From positions 1 to 32,000 of the forward strand of contig CAYFZR010000082.1 in the NCBI GenBank assembly GCA_964347835.1: a stretch of DNA of 32,000 bases. The letters are read 5' to 3'. The first letter of the stretch is position 1. Each line of letters opens with the position of its first letter. Positions 23,634 through 32,000 of the stretch are shown piece by piece. This DNA is from an uncultured archaeon (GTDB lineage Archaea; CAYFZR01). The translations under genes were made by a program, and so were the position numbers. The notes beneath the pieces were generated by a model. That model searched no databases, had not been told where the DNA came from, and saw only the letters and a program-made list of their open reading frames with translations.

Positions 23634-25973
23634 TTAGCCCTCCATAAACTTATAAATTGGAGAATTCCATGTATCCCAAATCTTTTCAAGGGGAAGATTT
23701 ATTAACTCTCTTTTTTCTTTTATTTCAAGTATTTTTTCTTTTTTAGTTTTGCCAAGAAGTTCTATTCGAATCTCCCTCGCCTTACAAAATTCTTCTACTT
23801 TTTCTTTATCTCTCTTCTCAACTTCTATAAGGAACCTGCTATTCGACTCTGAGAACAATTTAAAATCTGATCTTAAATTATTTAATCCCTTGAGGTCAAT
23901 CTCCGCCCCAATATCTCCGGCGAGTAGACTCTCTGAGAGTGCTACAGCAAGTCCCCCGTTTGAGAGGTCATGACAGCTTTTGATAAGCTCCTCAGAAATT
24001 AAATCGATTATTCCGTAGATATTTCTTCTTGATTCTTCAATAATTACTCTCGGAACCTTTCCTCTGTTAACGTTCAATGCCTTGTAATACTCAGATCCAC
24101 CCAATTCTTTTTTAGTTTCGCCTATGACGTACAAATTGTTTCCTGTTCCTTTAATGTCGATTGTTACAGCCTTTCTGACATCGTTGATTATCCCGATTCC
24201 TAGTATGGTGGGAGTAGGAGCGACGCTGAATAAGGAGGACTCGTTGTAGAAACTTACGTTTCCGGATACGAACGGTACTTTAAAAGAAGATGCAACAAAA
24301 TACATACCCCTACAACACTCCCTAAAGTCTCCAAGTCTTTCAGGCTTTTCTGGATTACCAAAATTTAAGCAATCCGCCAGAGAATGTGGATAAGCTCCGA
24401 CAGATGCGAGATTTCTGAATACCTCTTCAACGGATGAGGCGGCTCCCCAATACGGATCAATTTTTGTAAAGAATACGTTAACGTCGCTCGAGATTGCAAG
24501 CCCCCTAAAACTATTATCGAGTGGCTTTACTACGGCAGAATCTCCATGAGACTGTCTATTTATAACGCCTTGAAGGGGCTTTAGAATTGTGTTTCCCCTG
24601 ACTTCATGGTCGTATTGTCTTATTACCCACTCCTTATTACATACATTTGGAGAAGAGAGTATTTTCAGAAATATTTCCTCATAATTCGGTTCATTTATAT
24701 TAGGATCTCTCTGATTTCTTTTAACCACTTTATACGGCCTATCGTAGGTTAATGCTCCAGTTAGGAACTCTATATCCATATCAAAAATTTTTTTATCAAA
24801 ATAATCTACAACAACTCTATTTCCCTCAATTACTTCCCCGATGGGGGTTGCTTGAACGTCCCAGAAATCAAAAATATCCAGAACTTCTTCAAGGTTTTTT
24901 TTATCAACGGATAACATCATCCTCTCCTGAGACTCAGATACCCAGATCTCCCATGGAGCCATGCCCTCCACTTTCAAAGGAACCTTTTCTAGGCTTATAT
25001 GTGCTCCGTTTCCCCCTGCTAAAGCCATCTCTCCTACAACACAAGATAGACCTCCTCCTCCAAGGTCTTTTAAGCCTTCTACCAATCCTTTTTCTACTAC
25101 TTCTAAACAAGCATGTATCAATGGTTCTTTTGTTATGGGGTCCCCTAATTGAACCGCAGGTCTATCTTCTTCATCGGACTTCTCTGTTAATTCTGCCGAA
25201 GCAAAAGTAACTCCATGTATTCCGTCTCTTCCTGTCTTTCCTCCTGCCAGTAAAAAGATTTCTCCAGGTTTTTTCGCAATACTTCTAATTATTTTGTCTT
25301 TTCTTACTATTCCTATGCATCCAACATTTACTAGACAATTTGTTATGTAGCTTTCATCAAAAACTAGACATCCTGCTAGAGTGGGTATGCCAACTCTGTT
25401 GCCATAATCTCCTATACCCTTCACAACACCTCTTAACAAAAAACTTGGATGTTTTGTTCCCAAAGGAAGTTTATCTTCAGAATAATCTAGAGGACCAAAG
25501 AATAAGGGGTCTACTAAGGCTATTGGTTGAGCACCCATGCATACCACGTCTCTCAGAATTCCACCAATGCCTGTTGCCGCACCGCCATAGGGATCTAAAG
25601 CGGAAGGATGGTTGTGAGACTCCAAAGCAACAACGTAAGCATAATCATCGTCGAATTCCACGACGCCAGCATCTTCCTCTATTACAAAAATGCACTGAGG
25701 CGCCTTAGTATCGAATATGGTTGTCTTTAGAATAGGTTTGCTGGTCTTATAGCAGCAATGCTCGCTCCAAGCCTGTGCTATGGATTCCAATTCTATATCA
25801 TGGGGATTTCTCCTTTCTTTTTTGAAATAATCTTTGATTTTTTTCATCTCATAAAGGTTTAAGCCTAGAGATCTCTCTTCGCTTATTCTTTCTAGTTCTT
25901 CGTCTCCCGCTTCAATTAAATTTATCTTATAGAGATGAAAAGGAACATTTACCTTCTTATAGAGTTCTTTCAT
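23634..25973 (-). CDS. purL: phosphoribosylformylglycinamidine synthase II
   Basis: 779 aa with AQAWSEHCCYKT, ESHNHPS, GGAATGIGGILRD and duplicated AIR-synthase-like domains. Confidence 0.92.
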   Translation of the reverse strand: MKELYKKVNVPFHLYKINLIEAGDEELERISEERSLGLNLYEMKKIKDYFKKERRNPHDIELESIAQAWSEHCCYKTSKPILKTTIFDTKAPQCIFVIEEDAGVVEFDDDYAYVVALESHNHPSALDPYGGAATGIGGILRDVVCMGAQPIALVDPLFFGPLDYSEDKLPLGTKHPSFLLRGVVKGIGDYGNRVGIPTLAGCLVFDESYITNCLVNVGCIGIVRKDKIIRSIAKKPGEIFLLAGGKTGRDGIHGVTFASAELTEKSDEEDRPAVQLGDPITKEPLIHACLEVVEKGLVEGLKDLGGGGLSCVVGEMALAGGNGAHISLEKVPLKVEGMAPWEIWVSESQERMMLSVDKKNLEEVLDIFDFWDVQATPIGEVIEGNRVVVDYFDKKIFDMDIEFLTGALTYDRPYKVVKRNQRDPNINEPNYEEIFLKILSSPNVCNKEWVIRQYDHEVRGNTILKPLQGVINRQSHGDSAVVKPLDNSFRGLAISSDVNVFFTKIDPYWGAASSVEEVFRNLASVGAYPHSLADCLNFGNPEKPERLGDFRECCRGMYFVASSFKVPFVSGNVSFYNESSLFSVAPTPTILGIGIINDVRKAVTIDIKGTGNNLYVIGETKKELGGSEYYKALNVNRGKVPRVIIEESRRNIYGIIDLISEELIKSCHDLSNGGLAVALSESLLAGDIGAEIDLKGLNNLRSDFKLFSESNSRFLIEVEKRDKEKVEEFCKAREIRIELLGKTKKEKILEIKEKRELINLPLEKIWDTWNSPIYKFMEG

Positions 25974-26069
25974 ATTACCACTTTAGGTTTTAATTCTTTA
26001 CTAAACTATAGGAGTTATCATTTTAACTTTATGATCGCATTTTAAAAATTCTTGCAACAGAATCCCGAA

Positions 26070-27458
26070 TCAGATAGACTTTACTTTTGCATAATTGGCC
26101 TTTGCTATTTTGCTTTCTTTTGAATGGTTAACTATAGGAAAAGGATAGTTTTTAATTTCAGGAGATTTTTGTTTTTCTAAATTATGAATTGTTTTTGCAG
26201 GTAAATTTCTTAATTCAGGAACCCATTTTTTTATGTATTCACATTCTGGATCAAATTTTTTCTGTTGTAACCAAGGATTGAATACTCTAAAGTAAGGTTG
26301 TGCATCACATCCTGTAGACGCAACCCACTGCCAATTACCATTATTCACGCTGGGATCATAATCAACGAGTTTTTGTGCAAAGTATTTTTCTCCCCATCTC
26401 CAATCAATATGGAGATCTTTTGTTAAAAAAGAACCTACTACAAGTCTCACTCTATTATGCATGAATCCTGTAGTGTTTAATTGTCTCATTCCTGCATCAA
26501 CAATGGGAAAACCAGTTTTTCCTTCGCACCACGATCTAAATTTTTCTTTATCATAACTCCAATTTATTTTATCGTATTCCTTATGGAACGAGTTTCCAAA
26601 AACATGTGGGAAATGATAGGCTATATATGTGAGGAAATCACGCCAGTATAGTTGTCTTATTAAAGGATGATTAGAACCTAATTGATCTTTTAGTGCATAG
26701 TATACTTCTCTTATTGAACATGTCCCGAATTTGTTATGGGCAGATAACCCAGTCGTTGCTTGTTTCGCAGGGTAATCTTTTTCAAATTCGTATTTTTCAT
26801 ACCTTTTTAAATTTCTAAGAATTTTTAAGCATTTGTATCTACCACCATGGGCATAAATGAATTTGTTTATTTTCTTTAAAACATGACTATACACTTCGTT
26901 TTTTCTTTCAAATTCTATAGCTCTTTTATAATAATTTTTGTGATTATTTTTTCTTGGCCTGCTTACCTGCTTTCTGATAGCCTTTCTAAAAAAAGCAGAA
27001 AAAATAGTATAAGGCTTTCCATTATCTTTTAATATGGTCTCTGGTTCATTAAGCAAAGTATCGCCGAACTGATTAAATTTAACGTTGTTTTTCTCACAAA
27101 TTTCTTTAATTGCTAAATCTCTGTTAATACTGAAGGGGGTATAGTCTCTATTAGTGTATAAGGCACTAATTTTTTCTTCGATTATCAGTTTTCGAATGAT
27201 ATTTTCAGCCAATCCATAGAAAAAGTATAATCTTGCTTTTTTTTGTTTAAGTTGGCTTTCTAAATCCTGTAGCGATTCCATCATGAACTGTAAGGCATTC
27301 TCACTTTTATATTCGTGATTTTCTACTTGCCTAGGATCAAAAATAAAGCAGGGAATCACATATTTTGATGATTCTAAGGCCTTGATAAGTCCTGTATTAT
27401 CTTCAACGCGGATATCTCTTCTAAATATAAATACCGATTTCTGATTTTTTTCTTTCAT
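26070..27458 (-). CDS. phr: deoxyribodipyrimidine photolyase / cryptochrome family
   Basis: The N-terminal photolyase domain is IFRRDIRVEDNTGL. The FAD-binding region is TGFPIVDAGMRQLNTTGFMHNRVRLVVGSFLTKDL...DYDPSVNNGNWQWVASTG. Confidence 0.88.
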   Translation of the reverse strand: MKEKNQKSVFIFRRDIRVEDNTGLIKALESSKYVIPCFIFDPRQVENHEYKSENALQFMMESLQDLESQLKQKKARLYFFYGLAENIIRKLIIEEKISALYTNRDYTPFSINRDLAIKEICEKNNVKFNQFGDTLLNEPETILKDNGKPYTIFSAFFRKAIRKQVSRPRKNNHKNYYKRAIEFERKNEVYSHVLKKINKFIYAHGGRYKCLKILRNLKRYEKYEFEKDYPAKQATTGLSAHNKFGTCSIREVYYALKDQLGSNHPLIRQLYWRDFLTYIAYHFPHVFGNSFHKEYDKINWSYDKEKFRSWCEGKTGFPIVDAGMRQLNTTGFMHNRVRLVVGSFLTKDLHIDWRWGEKYFAQKLVDYDPSVNNGNWQWVASTGCDAQPYFRVFNPWLQQKKFDPECEYIKKWVPELRNLPAKTIHNLEKQKSPEIKNYPFPIVNHSKESKIAKANYAKVKSI

Positions 27459-27467
27459 AACATTGTT

Positions 27468-27935
27468 TTAAGATTTTAATCTCTTAACTTCATTCAGCAC
27501 TTCTTCGGCATGACCCTTAACTTTAACTCCATCCCAGATTTTTACTATTTTACCTTCAGGATCTATCAAGAAAGTACTTCTTACAGTTCCCATTGATTCA
27601 CGTCCTCTGAACTTCTTTGATCGCCAGACGTAGTATTTTTTCTGAACTTCTAAATCAGAGTCAGATAACAAATTTATGTTCAAATTCCTTTTTTGTATAA
27701 AATTCTGGTGTGATTTTAAACTATCCTTACTCACTCCCAGTATCACTGCATTTTCTTTTTCAAAATCTGAATTTAAACTGCTGAAATCCATTGCCTCGGC
27801 AGAACAGCTGGGGGAGTTGTCCTTTGGATAGAAGTAAAGCACTATCCATTTACCTCTAAAGTCCTTCAAACAAGTACTCTTTTCATCATGATCAGGCAAA
27901 CAAAAGCCTGGAGCATTTTGCCCAATTTTTAACAT
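27468..27935 (-). CDS. bcp: thiol peroxidase, Bcp/PrxQ-type peroxiredoxin
   Basis: APGFCLPD...WIVLYFYPKDNSPSCSAEA contains the peroxidatic Cys motif. The 155-aa size fits the family. Confidence 0.85.
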   Translation of the reverse strand: MLKIGQNAPGFCLPDHDEKSTCLKDFRGKWIVLYFYPKDNSPSCSAEAMDFSSLNSDFEKENAVILGVSKDSLKSHQNFIQKRNLNINLLSDSDLEVQKKYYVWRSKKFRGRESMGTVRSTFLIDPEGKIVKIWDGVKVKGHAEEVLNEVKRLKS

Positions 27936-28199
27936 ATTATCCCTCCCATTTTTATTTTGGATGAGTATTAACTAAATATAGGGGCAATAAGTAGGGCTAC
28001 CGGGTTATTAAAGCAAAGGTTTCCTTATTTATAAAGATTTTGCTAGAATATCTCTATATAATAGAGAACTAAGTATTGATTTTTTATCTTCAATTCTGAT
28101 AACTTGCAACACATTTGTTAAAAATCCTGTAAAAATGTTTAGACAAGTTAAATAAGCGAGGATTCGCTAGTAATAGTAGAGAAGAAAGGAGAGATTTGC

Positions 28200-28397
28200 G
28201 TGAACGATAAGGAAGAGATCTTCAATTTACTTGCAATGGTTCATGCAGTATTAGGTTTGATAGCTTTACTTCTCGATAATGTGTTAATCGCGGGAATGTT
28301 TGGTATTTTTGGAGCAGTTTCATTTGTCATCAGTATGAGATATAAAGAGATGAATAACGACTATGAAACTTTACCCGCTGAAAGTAATGCATCATAA
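28200..28397 (+). CDS. small hypothetical membrane protein
   Basis: GTG start 6 nt after AAGGAGAG. Two hydrophobic helices. Weak call. Confidence 0.35.
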   Translation: MNDKEEIFNLLAMVHAVLGLIALLLDNVLIAGMFGIFGAVSFVISMRYKEMNNDYETLPAESNAS

Positions 28398-28643
28398 TCA
28401 TTTTTCTCTTATAATTATCTCATAATCCTGAATAACCGGATTTGCAAGCAATCTATTGCATGCATCTTCTATTTCTTTTAATACCTCCTCTTTCTTCTCT
28501 TTATTCATGCCTATCTCGTATACTTTTATGGTTTTAACGAAATCAACATCAAAACCTAACAGTTGCAAAGATTTTTTTACCGTCTCACCCTCTGCATCCA
28601 AAACTCCTGGTTTTAGTTTTACCCTTACCTCGACTGTATACAA
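28398..28643 (-). CDS. purS: phosphoribosylformylglycinamidine synthase subunit PurS
   Basis: 81 aa with VRVKLKPGVLDAEGETVKKSLQLLGF...ACNRLLANPVIQDYEI, typical of PurS. Confidence 0.85.
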   Translation of the reverse strand: MYTVEVRVKLKPGVLDAEGETVKKSLQLLGFDVDFVKTIKVYEIGMNKEKKEEVLKEIEDACNRLLANPVIQDYEIIIREK

Positions 28644-28765
28644 AGGTCCACCTCTCTAGATTTTAGGTTCTTGGGTTCTATCCTACCTTTTAGAATATAT
28701 CGTTTTTGACCCCTTTGACAGTCTCGCTGAAAAACCTTGAGTTTAGTTATCGTTCTTTACTTAAC

Positions 28766-29077
28766 ATGGATATAAGGTATGTTTGCATAGCAACTGCTTT
28801 TATAGGCATAATACTCTTAAATTCTCTGGCAGATAGCACTGAACCTTTATATACCGACATAAAATCCCTCGAAAAAATGTCAGAGGGGAGTTACGTATCT
28901 GTAGAAGGCGTAGTAACGAAGACTGGCAGAAATTCTTGGATAGAAGACGAAAACGGCAAAAAATGTATGGTAAACGGAAGACTCAAGAATGGAAGCAGAG
29001 TCAGGGTAACAGGATACCTTAGCCACTATTACTATAATCCCGTAATTAGACCGAAGAAAATTGTTGGAATTAAATGA
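28766..29077 (+). CDS. single-TM protein with OB-fold-like domain
   Basis: The ATG at 28766 (MDIRYVCIATAFIGIILL) is preferred over the track's TTG at 28706. The OB-like region is SYVSVEGVVTK...GSRVRVTGYL. Its stop overlaps the next start (ATGA). Confidence 0.5.
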   Translation: MDIRYVCIATAFIGIILLNSLADSTEPLYTDIKSLEKMSEGSYVSVEGVVTKTGRNSWIEDENGKKCMVNGRLKNGSRVRVTGYLSHYYYNPVIRPKKIVGIK

Positions 29078-30258
29078 ATAAAACTAATATATTTTTATGC
29101 ACGATTTTAGGTATGTTTTTAGGAATTTTGACGGGTTTAGTGCCCGGACTACATCAGAACACTGTTGCTCTGGTCTTATTTGCTTTATCGCCTCTCGACT
29201 CATTAGAAACTTCGTGCTTAATATTTTCAATGAGCGTTTCCCACAACCTCTTTGATTTCATACCTGCGCTTTTATTTTCTGTACCAGATCCTGAATTATC
29301 CATACTCCAGAATCCTACAATTCTATTAATAAGAGAACACGGATTTAAGGGCGTGGTTAATTGTATAAACTTCGGTTATTTCTTGGGGTTTTTGTTTTCA
29401 TGCATCATTTGTATTTTACTGCTTTTTCTACCAGTTAGAGAACTATATTTGCTTATACGCCCCTATCTTCCACATATTCTAATTTTAATATCTCTGTTTT
29501 TTATTTTACATGAGAAAAATAGATTAATGGCCCTGATAGTTTTTCTTCTGGCAGGATTTTACGGTATGGCCTCCTTCGACATGGTACATTTAATAAAAAA
29601 ATACTCAACACTCGAATACTCGGATAGCCTATTCCCTGTTTTTACAGGACTCTTTGGCATAACTTCATTAATTATGAGCGAAAAAAGTCTGGATTTTAAA
29701 GAAAAAAGCCCTGAAATCGATTGGAAAGATTTAATTAAATTTAGTTTAATAGGATCTTTTGTAGCGCTCATAATAGGCTTGTTACCCAGTTTGAGTCCTG
29801 CTCAAGGCGTAGCGATGACTCATTATTTATTGGGAAGAACGGGAATCGGTTTCGTAGTTTCTTCCTCAGCGGTAAATTCTGGCGATACCATCTTTTCTGT
29901 AGTTTCATGTTACACAATAAAAAACCCAAGAAGCGGCGTTGGAGTCTTGATAGAAGATTTAATAAGAGTAGGATCTTTAGAGGTCTTACTTATGATATCT
30001 ATAGGATTAATATCTCTGGGATTTTCTTCTCTGGTATTTAATTTTTTGATAAAGAACATAAAAACTTTCGACATTGAAAGGATAAAAGGACTTGTGCTAC
30101 TCTGTTTGTTCATCCTTCTATTCATTTTCTCAGGACCTTTTGGTATTTTGATAAGTTTGGTAGGAATAAGCATTGGATTGTTACCCCACTTCTATGGTAT
30201 TTCAAGGATACACTGCATGGGCGTATTGATAATGCCGACCATAATCTTTTTGATGTGA
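29074..30258 (+). CDS. TctA/DUF112-family polytopic membrane protein
   Basis: About 10-12 TM helices. The N-terminal GILTGLVPGLHQNTVA motif is typical of archaeal DUF112 proteins. Confidence 0.6.
   Translation: MNKTNIFLCTILGMFLGILTGLVPGLHQNTVALVLFALSPLDSLETSCLIFSMSVSHNLFDFIPALLFSVPDPELSILQNPTILLIREHGFKGVVNCINFGYFLGFLFSCIICILLLFLPVRELYLLIRPYLPHILILISLFFILHEKNRLMALIVFLLAGFYGMASFDMVHLIKKYSTLEYSDSLFPVFTGLFGITSLIMSEKSLDFKEKSPEIDWKDLIKFSLIGSFVALIIGLLPSLSPAQGVAMTHYLLGRTGIGFVVSSSAVNSGDTIFSVVSCYTIKNPRSGVGVLIEDLIRVGSLEVLLMISIGLISLGFSSLVFNFLIKNIKTFDIERIKGLVLLCLFILLFIFSGPFGILISLVGISIGLLPHFYGISRIHCMGVLIMPTIIFLM
30202..30252 (+). repeat. direct repeat copy A (3' end of the DUF112-like gene)
   Basis: TCAAGGATACACTGCATGGGCGTATTGAT...ACCATAATCTTTTTG is repeated at 30864-30916. 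There are 29 identical nt, then a short indel/mismatch patch, then 15 identical nt. Confidence 0.85.
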
Positions 30259-30277
30259 TCGAATGATACATAAAATT

Positions 30278-30297
30278 AATATTGAATCAATATTGAA
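30278..30297 (+). promoter_or_regulatory. tandem AATATTGAA direct repeat (11-nt phasing) upstream of TA cassette
   Basis: AATATTGAA at 30278-30286 and 30289-30297, about 25 nt upstream of the cassette's SD. This is a plausible operator for the AbrB/SpoVT-type antitoxin. Confidence 0.35.
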
Positions 30298-30321
30298 ATA
30301 GTATTATGTGAGGTGCTATAA

Positions 30322-30564
30322 ATTCCTATCCATACGTACCCGATAAAATACAGGGTTCATGCATCTAACATGCTGAGAGAAAGGTTCCTTATGCACACAG
30401 AAGAAGTTAGACATCATTTAAAAACTGGAAAACGTATCAAAAAACCGACAAAAAATGGGGAGATAGGTATTATAGAAAGCCAAGTGGGTAAAAAGGGGAT
30501 TAGATTCGTCTATACGGTAAGAAAGGGTATAGTATGGATAATAACTGTGGAGGAAGTAAAATGA
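30322..30564 (+). CDS. DUF4258-like toxin candidate
   Basis: ...IKYRVHASNMLRERFLMHTEEVRHHLKTG...GKKGIRFVYTVRKGIVWIITV resembles DUF4258 toxins. The conserved H-A..R..ER segment lies upstream of the only ATG (30370). An ATT at 30322 sits 6 nt after GAGGTG. See findings. Confidence 0.5.
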   Translation: MPIHTYPIKYRVHASNMLRERFLMHTEEVRHHLKTGKRIKKPTKNGEIGIIESQVGKKGIRFVYTVRKGIVWIITVEEVK

Positions 30565-30851
30565 CTAAATGTCCTTTTTGTAATTCTCCCCTGTTAAAAG
30601 AGACGCGTGAGATCTCTAAAGGGGTTTTTGCCGAAGTAGAGGTATGTCCGAAATGTAGCGATGAATGGATAGATGAAAAAGAACATGATCGTTTGGTGGA
30701 CTTATTCAAGAGAAAGGCGTTTGACCTGAGTGGAAGTATCGCTGTTAGGATACCAAAAGAGATTGCCGACTTACTTTCAATAAAAGAAGGCACAGAGGTA
30801 AGTTTTTCGGTGAAAGATGACAAGATAATTATTTCGAAGAGAAAGTCGTGA
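30561..30851 (+). CDS. antitoxin candidate: YgiT-type zinc ribbon fused to AbrB/SpoVT-like domain
   Basis: Translates to MTKCPFCNSPLLKE...VEVCPKCSDEWIDE followed by IAVRIPKEIADLLSIKEGTEVSFSVKDDKIIISK. The ATG at 30561 follows GGAGG and overlaps the toxin stop (ATGA). Confidence 0.65.
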   Translation: MTKCPFCNSPLLKETREISKGVFAEVEVCPKCSDEWIDEKEHDRLVDLFKRKAFDLSGSIAVRIPKEIADLLSIKEGTEVSFSVKDDKIIISKRKS

Positions 30852-30863
30852 ATTAATTTCAGA

Positions 30864-30916
30864 TCAAGGATACACTGCATGGGCGTATTGATTATGCACC
30901 AACCATAATCTTTTTG
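30864..30916 (+). repeat. direct repeat copy B (displaced duplicate of the DUF112-like gene 3' end)
   Basis: See copy A. In the same frame it would encode SRIHCMGVLIMHQP-stop, versus SRIHCMGVLIMPTIIFLM-stop in copy A. Confidence 0.85.
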
Positions 30917-30943
30917 TTCTAAAATAGTATTAGGAGTTACGGT

Positions 30944-31615
30944 ATGAAAATCATTGAATATCGAATTAATCAGGCGAGAAAATTATTGGAAAGTTGTAGG
31001 TTGAATGCGTCCATAAAAGTCCCTGGAAAACCAAAAGGAAACGTAGAAATTCGAGTAATAAGGGATTTAATTCAAGATTTGATCGAGATTGAAGAGTTGT
31101 TGAGAATTAAGATACCGTTGGAAGAAATAGAAGGAGAATACGCAGAATTTACCATAAGCACGCTCTTAGATATGAGAGGAAAACTCGACAATATGTTAGC
31201 AGGTTTTGGTGTTGAGGGAGTTAAGGCTCCCGAGAAAGAGATAGACCTGAATGAAAAGATGGCTGATAAGATTATCATATTGATGAGATCAAGCGATAGA
31301 AAGAAATTAAGCGATCATATAGATGCAAGGAGAATCATAGCAACCGGCACTCCTCTGTTTATAGAAGATATGCGCGCTTTAAAACCGGATTTACCCGATT
31401 CTGCTATCAAAGGTATAGAAAAGAAAATTGAAGGAGTGAAAAGGGAAATAGAGAATAAAATAAACGAATTCAGTATAGAAGAGATAATAGTGCTGATGGA
31501 AGATGGTGACAAGTACTTAGAAAAGGCTAAAGACCTGTATGAAAATGTCAGGGTTGTAACATGCGAAAAGATCTCAGATTTAAGCAGATCAGAGCTCTCG
31601 GAGATAATAGGATGA
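30944..31615 (+). CDS. hypothetical helical protein
   Basis: 223-aa ORF with AGGAG upstream. Its stop overlaps the next start (ATGA). Confidence 0.55.
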   Translation: MKIIEYRINQARKLLESCRLNASIKVPGKPKGNVEIRVIRDLIQDLIEIEELLRIKIPLEEIEGEYAEFTISTLLDMRGKLDNMLAGFGVEGVKAPEKEIDLNEKMADKIIILMRSSDRKKLSDHIDARRIIATGTPLFIEDMRALKPDLPDSAIKGIEKKIEGVKREIENKINEFSIEEIIVLMEDGDKYLEKAKDLYENVRVVTCEKISDLSRSELSEIIG

Positions 31616-32000
31616 AAGAGAAGAATTTTCATGTTGCTTCTTTCGACGAGATTAAATCTGGAGATACTGCCGACATATACTTTCCAAGGTGTAAAGAGAT
31701 CTTAGAGAAATACGAAAAATGCGATAAGATAGTTGTCGCCGATGTTACAACAACTTCATTCCCATTTAACTGGAAATGGGCGATTTTTGCCGGGTTAGAA
31801 GAAATTTTAATCCTTTTTCAGGACATTGATTGCGACATATACACCATGGAAGAGGGAACAGTATTTTATCCCCATCAGCCAGTTATGGAGATAGAGGGTA
31901 AATACTGTGACTTTAGCGTATTAGAAACGGCTCTTTTAGGACTAATATGCCAGTCATCCGGGATTGCAACCAGAGCCGCTAGATGCAAGATAGCAGCAAA
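31612..32000 (+). CDS. pncB: nicotinate phosphoribosyltransferase, N-terminal part (runs off right edge)
   Basis: MKEKNFHVASFDEIKSGDTADIYFPRCKEILEKY...VADVTTTSFPFNWKWAIFAGLEE...ETALLGLICQSSGIATRAARCKIAA matches archaeal NaPRTase N-termini. It is open to the window end and absent from the ORF track. Confidence 0.85.
   Translation, partial: MKEKNFHVASFDEIKSGDTADIYFPRCKEILEKYEKCDKIVVADVTTTSFPFNWKWAIFAGLEEILILFQDIDCDIYTMEEGTVFYPHQPVMEIEGKYCDFSVLETALLGLICQSSGIATRAARCKIAA

Noticed and set aside
26070-27935. Lower G+C of phr-bcp as evidence for horizontal transfer
   Set aside because: Spot counts of individual 60-nt lines ranged from ~22% to ~48% inside the insert. purS next door is similarly AT-rich (~33% in one line). 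By eye the difference from the background is not decisive. I kept only the synteny argument.
1-32000. Search for CRISPR arrays, rRNA genes, IS elements/transposases, integrases and long tandem repeats
   Set aside because: I saw no regularly spaced 25-40 nt repeats, no rRNA-like conserved segments and no transposase- or integrase-like ORFs. The only long repeats are the 30202/30864 pair and the paralog block at 14770/15501.

Overview
Low-GC, gene-dense archaeal chromosome segment. It most likely comes from a methanogen or methanotroph-type euryarchaeon. The lineage markers are F420-dependent methylene-H4MPT dehydrogenase (Mtd), a NifH-family CfbC-like protein, TFE, archaeal Pth2, TruD, a split GMP synthase subunit, purS/purL/purQ, a class III signal-peptide pilin, and tightly packed Shine-Dalgarno-led operons. 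I found no rRNA, CRISPR array, transposase or integrase, and one tRNA (Lys-CUU). Layout: (1) 1-4600 is an accessory-looking stretch of small hypothetical genes, a minimal pilin, a wHTH regulator and a HEPN/nucleotidyltransferase pair. (2) 4700-12400 is housekeeping: Sir2, a DsbA fusion protein, TruD, Pth2 and a FlaI/PilB-type ATPase. (3) 12568-16576 is a seven-gene operon I cannot assign to a described complex. It encodes TM-anchored HdrC-like and HdrB-like (2x CCG) proteins, a Cys-rich single-TM protein, two paralogous Cys-motif polytopic membrane proteins, a 47-aa TM peptide and a NapH/MauN-type polyferredoxin. (4) tfe is followed by a 232-aa decahaem c-type cytochrome placed 3-26 nt upstream of an FpoF/FrhB-family F420 subunit and then mtd. 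(5) The right side holds the CfbC-like gene, guaA-B, purQ, purL, photolyase, Bcp and purS. It also holds a TctA/DUF112-like permease whose 3' end is duplicated around a two-gene toxin-antitoxin cassette, and a partial nicotinate phosphoribosyltransferase. Observations beyond the ORF track: several short genes the track missed; two, possibly three, genes whose family-conserved N-termini lie upstream of any ATG/GTG/TTG and begin at an in-frame ATT; a 32-nt perfectly identical block inside two otherwise diverged paralogs; and a candidate structured RNA leader. All functional calls rest on motif and family recognition by eye. No database search was run.
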